The position numbers and the translations under genes are program-made. DNA of 64,000 nucleotides from Auanema rhodensis (taxonomy: Eukaryota; Animalia; Nematoda), in contig OZ059896.1 in the NCBI GenBank assembly GCA_964057225.1, positions 15,252,001 to 15,316,000 of the forward strand, given 5' to 3'. The notes below the pieces were generated by a model that saw only the letters and a list, made by a program, of their open reading frames with translations, searched no databases and was not told where the DNA came from. This document shows, one piece after another, positions 51,203 to 64,000 of this stretch (position 1 is the stretch's first letter; the number at the start of each line of letters is the position of its first letter).

Positions 51203-53130
51203 ATGACTGTGGCTGCGAATAAAGCCGAGTCTCTAGCCTGTATGGATCGAGCCAGAGACTCTATCAAAATTGGTGATGCTGTTAAGGCTCGTAGATATTT
51301 GGAAAAGGCTAAAAGGTTGGATCCTCAGCAGGACATATCGTGTAAGTCATTACACTTAATAGTCATTTTTTTATATTTATTTCATCTTAACTTTTTGAGT
51401 GAGAACGAAAAAGATACTACTAATGTTGTAATGTTCCCTCATCTAATCGTTTAACCTCAGCATATCTCTCTTATTTTCTCGTTCACTAACATTTGAAACC
51501 GCTACAGATGTTTTAGTTTCTTTAAAAAATTTAAACTTTTATAGATCTTCTGAAAAAGGTAGAATCCATGGAAACTAGCAGCGAATCTTCTTCTAAAGAT
51601 TCAGAAGATCGTAGCTATGCACATGATGATCATTATGAAGAGCCTGGGTTAAGAAGTAGAAAACCAGCTAAACCCACTCCCCGTCCAGGTTTGTATATTA
51701 ATTTATATATCGAATTTAAAACTCATTTACAGCTCAATCCCCGCCTAATTCTAAACCAGAGAAAGAAAAGCGAGCCAGATCTACTTCTAGAACTCCAAAA
51801 TTAGGTGTTGATTACACCAAGGAGGTAACTATTCTTTGATCTTTTGATATTTACAACTGATTGTAGCAATTGGAATTGGTGGAAAGAATTCGTAATTGTA
51901 AGGATTATTATGAGATTTTGAAGGTATGTTTTCAGCTAGTTACCTTCACCATTTTATTATGTCAGGTTTCAAAAACTGCCTCGGAAGCTGAGATTAAAAA
52001 AGAATATCGTAAAATGGCTCTTCAACTTCATCCCGACAAGTGTAGAGCTCCTCATGCTACAGAAGCTTTTAAAGGTGTGTTGTTATTCTTGTTAAATTGC
52101 TTGTAGTTCGTATGTATTTTTCTTTACACCATTGTCGTTGATAATCTATATCAACTAAATTTTTACCGCGCTACAAATTAAATGAACCTTGTGAACCTGT
52201 GGTTGCACATTTTATTCAAATTGCTTCGCTATTCCAAACGCACACATATCAAAAGAGGATCCCAAATGCTTAATTAACCTGTTTCAGCTCTGGGTAATGC
52301 TTATGCTATTTTATCTGACACCGAAAAAAGACGGCAGTATGATCTCTATGGTGCTGACTCTGTTTCAAATGGTCCAGCCACATCGAGAAGAAGAGATGAC
52401 TTCTTCCAGTACGACTATGGACACGGGTTCGAAGCTGAATATACACCAGAAGAGATCTTTAATATGTTCTTCGGAGGTGGGCATCCTTCTGATAATTTGA
52501 ATCGACGTAGACAGCGATTCAATGGTCACGCTCATCGCGAAGAAATGCACAACCAAAATGAAGTGAGTTTAAAAAAATGTTTATCACATCTGAACTTTTT
52601 AAGAACTTCCACGGTCCCTTAATTCAACTTCTTCCTATTATTCTCATTCTTTTCTTGGGTCTGGTTGCCCAATTAATGGTAGGAGATCCTCCATTCTCTC
52701 TAACTCAATCCAGGTAAATATATATTATTTGAAAATTATTTTAACAAAATTTTTAAAGCAAGTATCCTATTAAACGACTAACTGCCGAGCTTAAAGTTCC
52801 TTATTATGTACGTCAAGATTTCATACAGTCACACGCGGGTCGTATTAAACAGGTTTGATACTAAAATTGTAAAACTTATTTCTAACAATTCCTATAATTC
52901 AGATAGAAAATCAGGTTGAAGATGATCACATAAACAATCTACGAATAAATTGTTATAAGGAACAAAATCAGAGTAATTTTTCTTTTCACTATTTCTCTCT
53001 TATTCATATTTTTTCAGAGGAAACATTATTATATAGGGCTAGGTGGCAGCGTGATGAAGAATTGATGATGCGTGCTCAGCGCATGGCAACACCAAGTTGT
53101 GATCAATTAAAGAATATATACGGTCGATAA
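51203..53130 (+). CDS. dnj-1: DNAJB12/14-type ER membrane J-protein
   Basis: N-terminal [20 protein letters not shown] domain [36 protein letters not shown], a single TM ([15 protein letters not shown]), and a DUF1977-like C-terminus VPYYV..ENQVEDD..NCYKE..PSC. Confidence 0.93.
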
Positions 53131-53652
53131 TTTATATATCGTAGGCTAATATAAGTGTTTTATTCAATAGGCTCTGAAGCTATGTCTTCAACATTCATTA
53201 TTTCATTACGTTACTTGTGCGAAAATCTTATTCACTTCGCAGTCCGTCGTTCTCGTTCAATGTCTCGCCCAAATCCCTGACAGAGCCTGCCTAGTTATAT
53301 AGTTAATGTATCTTTTATGTCTCGCTCATTAATATATTTTCCATTTCTCATATATTTATATATCTATATATATTAAGCTTTTTTTTGATGATATTAAGAC
53401 ATGAAATTTAGTCATTTTTGCAATTTTGCTCTTTACAGTTTGTCTGTGATAATGCCAATTGTAACTTATCTAGTGAGGATTGAATGTACACTATTCCGTA
53501 ATAATGATTTGTTCTGTGGCGTTGCGATAGATACAGTATAAAATTTTATGAATTTTCCTTTCATCAGGTTTTTCACCCTTTCAATTCCTGTCAAGTATGT
53601 TGTACTCTCGCACAATTCCGGTTTATTTCAGCTTTTGTTGTTATGCTTCAAC

Positions 53653-56502
53653 ATGGATATCAAGAACATTGAGGTAGATCAAGGGACTTGAATTATTTGA
53701 GTTTGTGATTGTATATTCAGGTTGAAATTCTTCCTGATAGAAAACCTGAAGACCCATATAATAGTACTTTTGATTGGATAGCTTATACTGAGGCATAATG
53801 GTTCATCTTTTTAAATTTTTAAATTGCTTAGCTTTTAGAAATGTGGTATATTCCCTTCGACAGATTCCCGACTTTTCCGTCATGTGGAATTCATGGAACA
53901 AACTGTTTTAGAACGATTGTGCTCGTTTAATAGTCATATATTTGTTAAATCCGGTGCTCATTCAGCAAGATTTGCTAAAATTCAAGTATGTTCTTCAGTA
54001 TGCTAGCTTTTCTCAACTATTTGTTTTCAGTCTTGTGTTGGTGATAATATTCTTGTTGAGTTTTTAGATAAGAGCTCTGAATCAGTATGGATTAAAGTAA
54101 ACGATATGGTTACAGATACTAACAAATTCAGCAACCACCTCTCGTATGTTAATTGAAGCTTAAGCTCTAACTTTTATCTGAGTTTTAGAGCATTATCAGA
54201 AGTTGAAGTTAAAAAATTAGCTATATTAGATATTAGTTTATTCAATTCATATAAAGATAAATTCAATATGAAGATGAATGACCTTCTTCAGGTTTGTAGT
54301 GTTTTTCTTGTCAAATAATGAAATTATTTCTAAATAGGCTGGACAATTTTTTGAAATTCAAGATCCTAGTCAGCCAAATATTATACATTTTGGAGAAGTA
54401 AAACTGAATATGGGAGGAATTGTACTGTTTAAATATGTTGGAATTGATAAGGTATAAGCATTTCTTTAATAAGCTCTTTAAGTTGTTTTTTCTTAGATTG
54501 CTTCAACACATATTATTGATCCATACTGTCACGCTATAGGTTGGAAAGAAATAGGCATTCAGAAATTTGAAGTAGTGTGGATAGAATTATTCTGTTCGAT
54601 GTTCATTTTGGCCTTTTTTTAGGCAAAGTATCATGAACGATATTCTATTCAAGATTTACTTCGATGTCAACAAAATCCTGTATCATCTCTCTTTTTTGAA
54701 AAAGTTAAAGTTAAAGAACATAAGATGAAAGTAAGCTTTATAGAGCGAATGTTCTTGTTATTAATACCATGTTTGTAGGTTGGAACTTTATTGGAAGTTG
54801 AAGATCGAGGGGTAGGACGCGGTTTTTTCCAAGGGCATGTGAGTGCAGTAATCAGTTCTCATTTCTTCCAAGTAACAACAAGATCACTAGATATCGAACA
54901 ACCCTTTACAGTAAGAAATTGTTTTCAACAATTTGTAATCTTAATGTGATTTTTTAGTTTATTGCTCATGCAAATACTGAAGGAATTTTCCCTGTTGGAT
55001 ACTGCGAAAAACATAATTACCCTTTGTTTCCGTTAAAGTGGTCTGATTTCACCGAAAACTACAATGACGAGTTCTGGGATAAGTATGCTCGAAGTTATAA
55101 CTTGAAAGATTATGTGAGTTTTGCTGACTAAAAACTCCTTATATGACAACTTATCTAGACGCGAAGCACAGATGCTCAGATCAGTCCCATTTGTTCACGC
55201 CCATTGATCAGTCCCTTCCAGTTTATAGAGGTATTTTTCTTATTTTATTCTTGGTATTTCATGAGTTTTTCAAGATATACTGTCATATGCGAGGTTGCAT
55301 GTATTCGGCCATTATCACAGCGACCAATAATCGTGTGATTTGGGTTTTACCAGGACAAGAATTCAACACAAGTGCTCTTCATTGTTATTCCATTGGGTAA
55401 AATAATAATTGTTCTTCTGCAAATATTTGAATCTTGTAGTTCAATGTGTGTTTTTCCATGCGGATTTGCTGCTAAATATAGTATTCCGATTATTGGAGAG
55501 CCAATTGTTCCTGTCCTAAAGAGTGGTAATTCAATATTTTTCATTAAGTATTGCAATTTGTATTGGTTTAAAGGCGTCTCAGATCGATTTCGTTTGTCAC
55601 AGCATTATCGAGGAGTTCCTGGTCCCGTTTTCAATAGAAAGAAAAACCATAAAGAAAGATTTTTCCTGCCCAAGTATTATTTAGAAGGTATATAATCATA
55701 AGACTTTATCCATAATACTCTTGGTTTTAGGTGATAATTGGGTTCCCACTGTTTATGTGAAGTTCACTTGTTATCATGGGCGGTTCCCTGATTTCTCTTC
55801 AAACAGAGCAGGCAATTATCCACCTGGGCCCATGTTCTCTATTATCCAAATGATTGCTAAGGTAACTTCTGTAATCTGCTTTCTAAATACTTTCTTATTT
55901 GTTCCAGGATTTTTATCTTTCTGCATCAGACTGGTTCCGTCAACAAGTTCGCGAACTTTTCAATTGTTCTACTGATCTCCCCAATGTAGTAGTGAAGCAT
56001 AGATGGAGAAGTGAACATACTTTTCTAAGAGTACCGAGTTGTGAGAGAGCATACCAGTTCCCTGCCTGGCTAGCTGTATGTTCATGTTCTCTTAATTCAC
56101 TTCTTACTTAAATTTTTAGATTCTGCTTCGGGTTCTTGGTTGTTGTCCCAACTTTCTATCGTTGAGTAAAAATGTAAGGTGCGATGGAAATTGTCATTCT
56201 AGACATGTGATGGACATTCAAATGAGAGTGAGTTTCAAAAGTTTTATATTTTAACTCACCTTTTCAACTTTTAGAAACGTGGAGTGGAATCACCTGGTCC
56301 TAGAACTCTGGAAGAGGCGAAAAATCTCTACTCTAGGCATCAAGCTGTACGATTTAACATTCGTAAAATTAATGAAAATCAGCAATTCTTGAATCTCTTG
56401 AAACCACAGTCACCATTGCCGATTGAGGTAAACTTGTTTACTCTTCTTGTCAATCTAATTCTAGTGTTTCAGTTTTTATATGTTGACGAAGAAGCTAAAT
56501 AA
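53653..56502 (+). CDS. MBT-repeat plus SLED domain chromatin protein (SFMBT-like, divergent)
   Basis: MBT-like repeats: NMGGIVLFKYVG..CHAIGW; MKVGTLLEVED..IFPVGYCEKH; VFPCGFAAKYSIP. SLED-like region: TVYVKFTCYHG..NYPPGPMFSII..LLRVLGCCPNFLS. Confidence 0.72.
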
Positions 56503-56784
56503 CCTGTTAGGTTAAGTTTTCTATAAATACTCAGTATCATAATTGTGATTTCTCGCACGTATTGATCCCAAAAATACTGGTAGAGACACTGAAGCATCCG
56601 TACAGTTCGGAAATTGCTTATGTCTCAATGTGCATGATATACGGTTTATTTCCTTTTTAAACGTGGTATAGATCTTTATTGTACATTACATAATTTATTT
56701 ATCTTGCTTTATATGTTTATACTACTTATAATTTGTATAATAACCTTTATGACACTTCCAATTTCACAAATTCCAAAAAATCAC

Positions 56785-59160
56785 CTATGTATCTCGAGAT
56801 AAATTATTGACAGCTTTCTCTACACGATTTTTTGTTACAATTTCTTTCCTCAACTCTATTATGTGGTCGTGAATGACACGTTCACAATCATCTTTCCTAG
56901 AAAACCAAAGAGAGCACAATTTTGAGAATGGCGGTAAAAGAGGAAACGGAAGATGAGATCCCGTGCTCAGGAGAACATTCAATGTCCATTGCCAATCATG
57001 CACAACTTCAAAGTTTTCCTTCTGTACGGCTTGCACCAGCTCTGCAGAGCTGCACAGTTGGTGAAAGTTGTTCATTAAGAAGTCGTTTATGCCTCCTAAA
57101 AGTCTGACAAACATTGGTATCTGGAAAATAAAGTTAAAAAATCCCATATGTCAACCAAACTTTATTACTTTACGTTCTGCATCCTCATTGCCGGTCGCAT
57201 CTTCATTTAAAACTTGTAAACGATCCGTTCTAAGAATTAGCAGGTGTTCTTCACTAATTCTGAAATAAATAAATTGATATTTCTTTAAAAGGGGGATTAT
57301 CATATTAGACCAAGATAACAGATTAGCTGTCTTGGATGAATAATCAATAGCCAGTGCCAACATACATTATATTCTTCTCACATCCTAGCTGGTAGAAAAA
57401 AATGTTTGATGCCAAATTTTCAGAAAATCGAAGTTCCAAATGCACTGACTCATAAAATTCTTTTAAAAGTTGGTGACAGCTCTCGTACACCACCTGAAAC
57501 ATTCAATTTCAAATTTGAATGCAATACAAATGTAAATTCCATTCCAATTTAATGTAGTTTTACGTGGCGTAATATTGTCATTCTCATGTGAAACTTAGCA
57601 AAGAGCGGTCGCATTCAAAAATAAATCCGCCAAAAGTTGTAAGTCCTTTTAAAACTTTCCAACTTCTCATTCCTAATGTGTAGTTTGATCTACCACTTTC
57701 GGAATATCTAGATTATTGATTTTATTGCATGAGGCTTACTTCCGGTTGTCTTACCGTTCACATTAGTCATCGCTCCTATTTTTTTATAAATTAAGATTTT
57801 ATTTATAATTGACTTTTTTTCAATTGAATTGTTCATTGTTCATTGCTTATTATTTGTTTTATTTTGCAACAAATATAACACACTTATCCTTGCTATTAGA
57901 AATCTCTCGTTTTTTCTTTCTCTCTCTAATCATGTATATATATAAATATATATATATATCTTTATAACCGCCCCCGGCTTTTTATTATGTTAAACAGACA
58001 TTCTTATTTCTTTGTGTGAATCATATTGTTTCCATATTTCTAATATTTTTTTAACTAACCTTAGGAACTAATCCGTATATTCTGGACTCGGCTTTGTTCA
58101 ATAAGAATGTGTCGAAGTTCACAAAATCTTTGATCGAACCGAACTGTCTATTTCGATACTTTGTCTCATTCTCAAAGATCAGCTGTTCAAACTGATTCAA
58201 CGTTTCCACTTGTGAGATGCTTTGAACCGATTGGGATCTGAAATATGAGTCAAGATCACAAAAGCACAAATAGCAGTGACGTCAGAGATTGAAGAAATTT
58301 AAGAAGAAAAAGAGGAAACACGATAGAGATAACAGAGATAGGAACTAGGTACGCTTTTTCTAACCTTTTATTTCGTACTAGCTTAACTGCTTCAAATGCC
58401 GATAAACTGTCTTTGAACATAACTACAGCTGCAATAACCATGCCAGTGCGACCATGGCCAGCATGACAATGAATTGCCAATTTTCCTACAAGGTTGTAAT
58501 GCTTCATCTGTTTCATTAGTTTCATTACCTGACGCTAAAGCGTTCTTCGCAACTTTTGCGATGTCGAGCAAATGTTCCGGTGAACAGCTGCCGAAATCTG
58601 GGAGCGGGTAGTTATAATAATATACTATAAGGTAAAGTATCAGCTTGTAATTTCTATGAGTTTTTCTCTAAGAATGTTTGCCCTCTTACTATTGTTTTTC
58701 ATTAATTCTTCAGGCTCATAACTAAAACCAGATGACCTGAGACCAGTCCCGCAAAATGCGTGCTCTCCTTGCTGTTCTAAGTTTATAACTGCCTTGATAC
58801 CAGAACTGAAGTAGATAAAAAAACTTTGCTTGCAAGAAATGTCGTAGAAATCAAATAGATAAACGAATACTCTAACATAATGTGTTGGCATTGCTTTTCG
58901 TCACACAACGTTAGATATATATATATAAATATATATTTGATTTCATACTTACGTACTTGTGGAACTGTTTGATAATATCGTAATGCTCAAAATGAGTGTC
59001 AAACAATCGCGCCATGGCTAGGATTTCGTCTGTAACCCTGTAAAATCTTTTGTTCAACTCACATTTTTTATGAGTCTTATTTCTTTCTACTAATTTCCTC
59101 TTTTTGAACACTTCTACTCCAGTCAGCTATACATTATTCACACATAAAAGGAGAGGCCCC

Positions 59161-59198
<38 letters not shown>

Positions 59199-60259
59199 AA
59201 AGAAAGAGAGGGAGAAAGATAAAGTTAAGAGCCGTCTAGCAAATGGAGGCAAAGAAAATATTTTTTTTATACTTTACATATGGTTAGTATCATATTCATT
59301 CTCTTTGTTTACCCAGACATGATGAATTTCCAGACCATGGATTATATTTATAAACGAACTATGTGCCTATCACATTGTTGTCGTAAAATTTAGACAAGAC
59401 AGCTAAGTTTATATTCCGGGTTTCTCGTTTTTGCTCACCATTGCCTCTCGCAGTCATCTTTTATTGCACCCAGTTAATTAGGACTCTTCGTTTTCCATTA
59501 AATTATAATTTTGTTCATTGGACTTTATTTGCATTTTAATTTTTCATCAGTTATATTTTTGTTTCTGATTCATGTTTGGCTTCTTCTTTGGCAAAATATG
59601 AAGCTTGTACACGATATTCTATCGACAGGCTGAATAACACCAGTTGAAAATTAAAAAAAAGTTGAGAACAAAGATGTAAATTCTTACTAATCGAGTACAG
59701 TTGTTCTTCTTTTTTTTTCTCTTTTTTTAACTCAGATCGTGCAGTATCACATGTTGTATATAATGTCAACTGTCCTTTGACTACGGTTCGTTTTTTCTCT
59801 TTGTAATAATATTTTCTTTTAAAAAAATTAACAACTTACCATGTGGAGTATAACCCACGTAGCGCATGTGTTTTTGTGTCTGAGCCATCTGTGGTACAGT
59901 ATTTACATGATATTCCTTTGCAATACAGACGACATTTGTTGTCTCCGGGCGTTAATTTAAGAATTGATGTTCGCAAGCGCGAGTATGTTGGACGAGCTTA
60001 AATTTTTTTATTTAGCCTAGCTTCACATCCTCTTTGTTACTAGATAGAGTGAGGGGTGAAAAACGGGGATGGACAGAGAGACAGAAAAATGGATTGAAGC
60101 ATGCTTTTCTTTCGCGTATTCTGCGTAATCAATAATCCTCGCTTTTACACAACTTGGCTACATTCGAACTCACTCCAGGCCAAATTTTCGTCAAGTCACT
60201 CTTGGCTTCAGATTAAAAAAATGAAAGTTGAACTCACCTTTGTGGTCATTACGATGCAT
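56785..60259 (-). CDS. PTPDC1-like dual-specificity protein phosphatase
   Basis: RPTYSRL..CRLYCKGISCKYC..LRGLYSTWVTDEILAMAR, GIKAVINLEQQGEHAFCG..SGFSYEPE, NYPLPDFG, and the active site IHCHAGHGRTG. Confidence 0.9.
59163..59193. repeat. (GA)n microsatellite in a phosphatase intron
   Basis: Visible dinucleotide run. Confidence 0.9.
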
Positions 60260-60353
60260 ATCATTAATAGTTAAATCTGTTAGACGATTTGGGAATGTGC
60301 TGTATAAGAAGCATTAAGAAAGCTTAGCTCGCTTTATTTCCCACTGGAGTCCA

Positions 60354-60367
60354 GTTACTATAGCAAC
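60354..60367. promoter_or_regulatory. X-box (RFX/DAF-19 site) GTTACTATAGCAAC
   Basis: Exact match to the 14-bp GTHNYY-AT-RRNAAC consensus, ~95 bp upstream of the PTPDC1-like ATG, which is the typical position in nematode ciliary genes. Confidence 0.8.
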
Positions 60368-60666
60368 GTGACATTAACTTGTCATTTTCTTACGGGTTGG
60401 TTTCACAAACATATCTTTAACAGTTAAAATGTATCACATTTATTGTAAAGCATAGTACTGGACTTAATATTTGACCATGTCGAATTGTATATACCCTGCC
60501 ATACAACTGCGTAGAGATTTAGATGAAAAGTTTGGAAAAAAAAGTGAAATGTGCACATTCACAACCTGTATATCTATTGAAAGGGGAAAGTTCTTGGAAC
60601 TAAATAAAAGATGCTAAGCAGAAAATAATCATATAAATTATTATAAGATGATGACGTGATCTGGGA

Positions 60667-61648
60667 TCAATTAGGTCGGATTCTCCGGTTTCCGCCGCTC
60701 TCCAGCAATCTCTCAGTCATATCTTTCTGTAAAAACGAGCACAAATATTCTGATAATCAATAGGTTAGATAAACAAACCAATGCTTCTAATTCTTTTGAT
60801 GAAACCATACCATATTCAGTGACGAAAAAATAGAAATGCTTATACAGTGTATTAGCATGTGGCTCCTTAATGTAATTATCTATTATCACAATACTTTTTC
60901 GTTGTACTTACTGCTCCTAATTCAACAATTCTTTCGAAATGATGTATGTACACATGCACAAACACCCGGAACAATCTAGTCAGGATTTTTTTGCATATTT
61001 GTCGGAAATCTTTGGGGAATGGTATGCCTAGATGTATGAATTGTTTGATTTTTGCTCAAGAGCACTCGTCTTACTTGTACACGATGGGAATATGTGCTCA
61101 TCGTTTATACGTATTTCAATCCAATCCATTAAAAGTTGGATATAATCTGGAGCTGGTAATCGAGTAGGTTTTTTGTATTCCACACCGTCTTGCCAAAGAT
61201 ATTCGTAGCTTAAATAACAACATTAAATTTGTTCGTGGAACCTTGTAGCACCGTGATCCACCGGACATTGTAGGGCACGATTTCTTGGTGCATGCGTCCG
61301 AAATTGTTCCATACATTAAATTAATTCGGTTGAAAAAGTCCACAGCTATAAGTTAGTGTGTTGTCTCTTTTTTGAAAACTTCTATTACTGTGAACTGCAA
61401 GCCAATCATCGAAGTTTTCATTAGACGGCATTCTAACTGCTGCACGGAGATCAACCCCAGAGTTCAACGTAGCTTCTGCCTGTTTATGAAGCTGATATCG
61501 TAAGGTTCCTTGCGGAAATCGTTTTTTTGGTCGAAAAGTCTGAAATTATGCGTTATTCTTCGCATCCAAAACGATGAGTCATGTGACACAAGCGCGCATG
61601 CAATACCTTATGCTTATTAACTTGAAAAAAATCCAAAAAGCTAGTCAT
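60667..61648 (-). CDS. MOB kinase activator, MOB3 subfamily
   Basis: [91 protein letters not shown]. Confidence 0.95.
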
Positions 61649-61899
61649 GATGAGAAGATTAACTTCCTATAAGAGCAATATTATACTACACAGTTCTTCA
61701 AATGATCAATGGTTAGAAATTTTAAGCCTTAAAGATAGCCAACATTACAGCACAATCTGACATATGTCAATTTAAAATGAGAGATAATTAGCGACACAGC
61801 CATTATGCTGTTTACCGTAATCTCTCACGTCGCGGGACCATTTTTCGCTGCGGATCTGAATTAGAACTGGATACCGTAAGATTAATGAGGTCATTTTCT

Positions 61900-64000
61900 C
61901 AGATTTTTCACTTATTGCCAGCTTCTGCCGGTGAAGTTTCTTATGCAAATTTCATTGTACTATATTTGATGCTATCGCGCAATCTTGTTGTATCGGTCTT
62001 TTTCAGCTGTTATCAGTTTTATCTGATTATCTATTGTTGTTTGGTTTGTCGTGATAAGTACTATATATTGAATTTTGTTCTCTGTGTTCCATTCTATCCG
62101 CTCTTGATATTATGATATTACTTTAACAATTTCGTCATATGGAAACAGCGCTCGTTTGGCTCTTTGCCAAAGCCCCCACCCCTTGCTCTCTGCTGCATAC
62201 TCTCTATGCTTAATGCACTATTTCACTGATGACTAGGAAGCCTCACCCTCAGCAGCTGCGGAATTCAACTCTTAGCCACTTCTAAAAAATCCCAAAATTT
62301 GCTTTCTATTTATTTTTTCTTTCGTTTTTGCTTCCTTCGTCGAAAATTTATGACGAAGTTGTGTAGATGTTTTGCCTATTACTTTTTGTTCGTTCAATTT
62401 GGTCTGTGCATATCATCAACCAGCTTTTTAGCGTCAACTTTCGGATGTTTTCGATTTATTTCTCAACTATGAGCTAATCTCGAATATTCCAGCTGAATTA
62501 GCGTTCTCTTGTGCACTTTCAGTATAGATTGTCGATCAATGTTTCTACCACTATCCAAACTGAAACTTAGTTTATGTTATGAGGCAAAAGCTTCTCATTC
62601 TTTATCGACTAAAAAAAACGCGTCACTTGATTTATATGTCATTTTTATACCGATTCTTGCTATGGCATTGCTTGAAGGCTAAAGCAAAATTCAAGTATTT
62701 CTTTAGTTCACAGTTGTTCTTGTCGTGCAGCTGTCATACTCAAGACGTTGGCATTGGCATGGAGATGAGAGCCAGTTGTTCTTCATCTCCTTCCGTAATA
62801 CCATTTCTGTTTGAAAAATGTTTTTTATCTCTGAATGTTTGACTCTAGTCAGCTGATTTGACTTATGTTTCACAATTGAAATGCAACTTTACCGAAGGTC
62901 TATATTGAAAAAGCTTCAGTGAAGGTTTCGCATTCGTCATATTTTAAAACAATGGTGTTGACGGCCAATATGAGCTTTCTTCAAAAGCAAATATCAAGCC
63001 CGTAGATTTTGTTTTAGCTCCACCGACTAAGAGGAATTATTGTTTCATGTATGAAAATTTTTTTTTAACGTTTCATTTCATATTCATATAGTTCGTAACT
63101 ACAAAGATTTTTAGTCCACCTCTTGTTTCCATATTTTCCAAATTTTGGTTTGTTTTCGTGTTTTGAATTCTCCCTGGACACTTTTGTTCACATTCTCTTT
63201 ATGTCTTATCTCTCGTCTTTCTATCTTTTACAATTTTTCCCCTTTTACTATGTATATATTTTTCTTTCTGATACTTATATGGCGTCAATGCCATCCTGTT
63301 CACTCTTCCTAGATTTACGATCTTGTCTTATCGCTCTCGGGCCATGCTCTAAGGCTATGTACTTTGCGGCGAACTAACTCTTTTAGAGTAAGATAGTAAG
63401 ATGAAAATGAGACCAATTTTCCCAGTTTATTCGTTACATTGACACGAGGTAGTTTGTCCTTTGGCCCCAACAAGATTTCATTTCTTCTGTAGACAGTATC
63501 GTTTGTCTGTTTAGCTCCGTTGCCATTAATCATTTCATTGTCTGTTCTCTGCGATTTTTTTCGTTAAGTTCATCTCTTGGAGCGATTACATTCGCCCTTC
63601 TCTTCCCTCCCACCTCTTCATTTCACGATGCCAAGGCTCCTCCTCATCGTCATCTACGTCATATCGTAGTGGTTTTGGCCCAACCTCTTCATTCCCTTTG
63701 CGAACAATTCAGTCTGCTCTATCTTTTTTCGTTTTTTTCTGTGTGGTTTATCGTTTTCTTCACTTGTTGCTTTCGCCAAACGGATAACATGAACCTAATT
63801 TTTTCATTCTCTTCAGGGGTAATTATTTGGAAGGTCCGGGACACGAATCTGTCAGGTCGTGTTTTTTGTCTTCGTTTGGTCGCCTCCCCATAGGCGATAT
63901 ATCGCACATCCAGCAACCGAGTTTCGTGTTTGACCGTTTTCTTTGTGGTGAGTTCGAGTACTACTCTTTGTATATATTGGCTTTAACCGGAAACTCATAG
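61900..64000 (-). pseudogene. Decayed multi-exon coding-like region (pseudogene or spliced lncRNA)
   Basis: Purine-rich exon-like blocks bounded by AG and GT sites and short AT-rich introns, but every frame contains stops. Confidence 0.4.

Overview
AT-rich eukaryotic genomic DNA, almost certainly from a nematode. The evidence is TTTCAG splice and trans-splice acceptors, many ~45-55 nt introns, and nematode-specific families (ground-like, Srh/Sri-type chemoreceptor). The six-frame ORF track is mostly exon fragments, so I spliced gene models by hand and exon boundaries are approximate. About 19 protein-coding genes are supported: a TRH-type neuropeptide precursor (trh-1/nlp-54), a ZP-like gene head-to-head with a 3xPAN gene, a 7TM chemoreceptor, a 3x zinc-finger protein with a 21-bp coding minisatellite, proline dehydrogenase, a ZCCHC24-like protein, a secreted Cys-rich protein, a minimal DDI1-like protease, Ro60 (rop-1), a GT92 glycosyltransferase, a membrane-anchored pseudokinase, a ground-like protein, a small 2-TM protein, DCP1, DNAJB12-like dnj-1, a 4xMBT+SLED protein, a PTPDC1-like phosphatase with an X-box, and MOB3. 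There are also two or three decayed coding relics. I found no tRNA, rRNA, CRISPR array or intact transposon, and no clearly new multi-gene system is proven. The best leads are the split PAN/ZP gene pair, the expanded ELL-amide TRH precursor, an isolated perfect 20-bp hairpin followed by an oligo-T tract, the SFMBT-like MBT+SLED protein and the internal X-box promoter.
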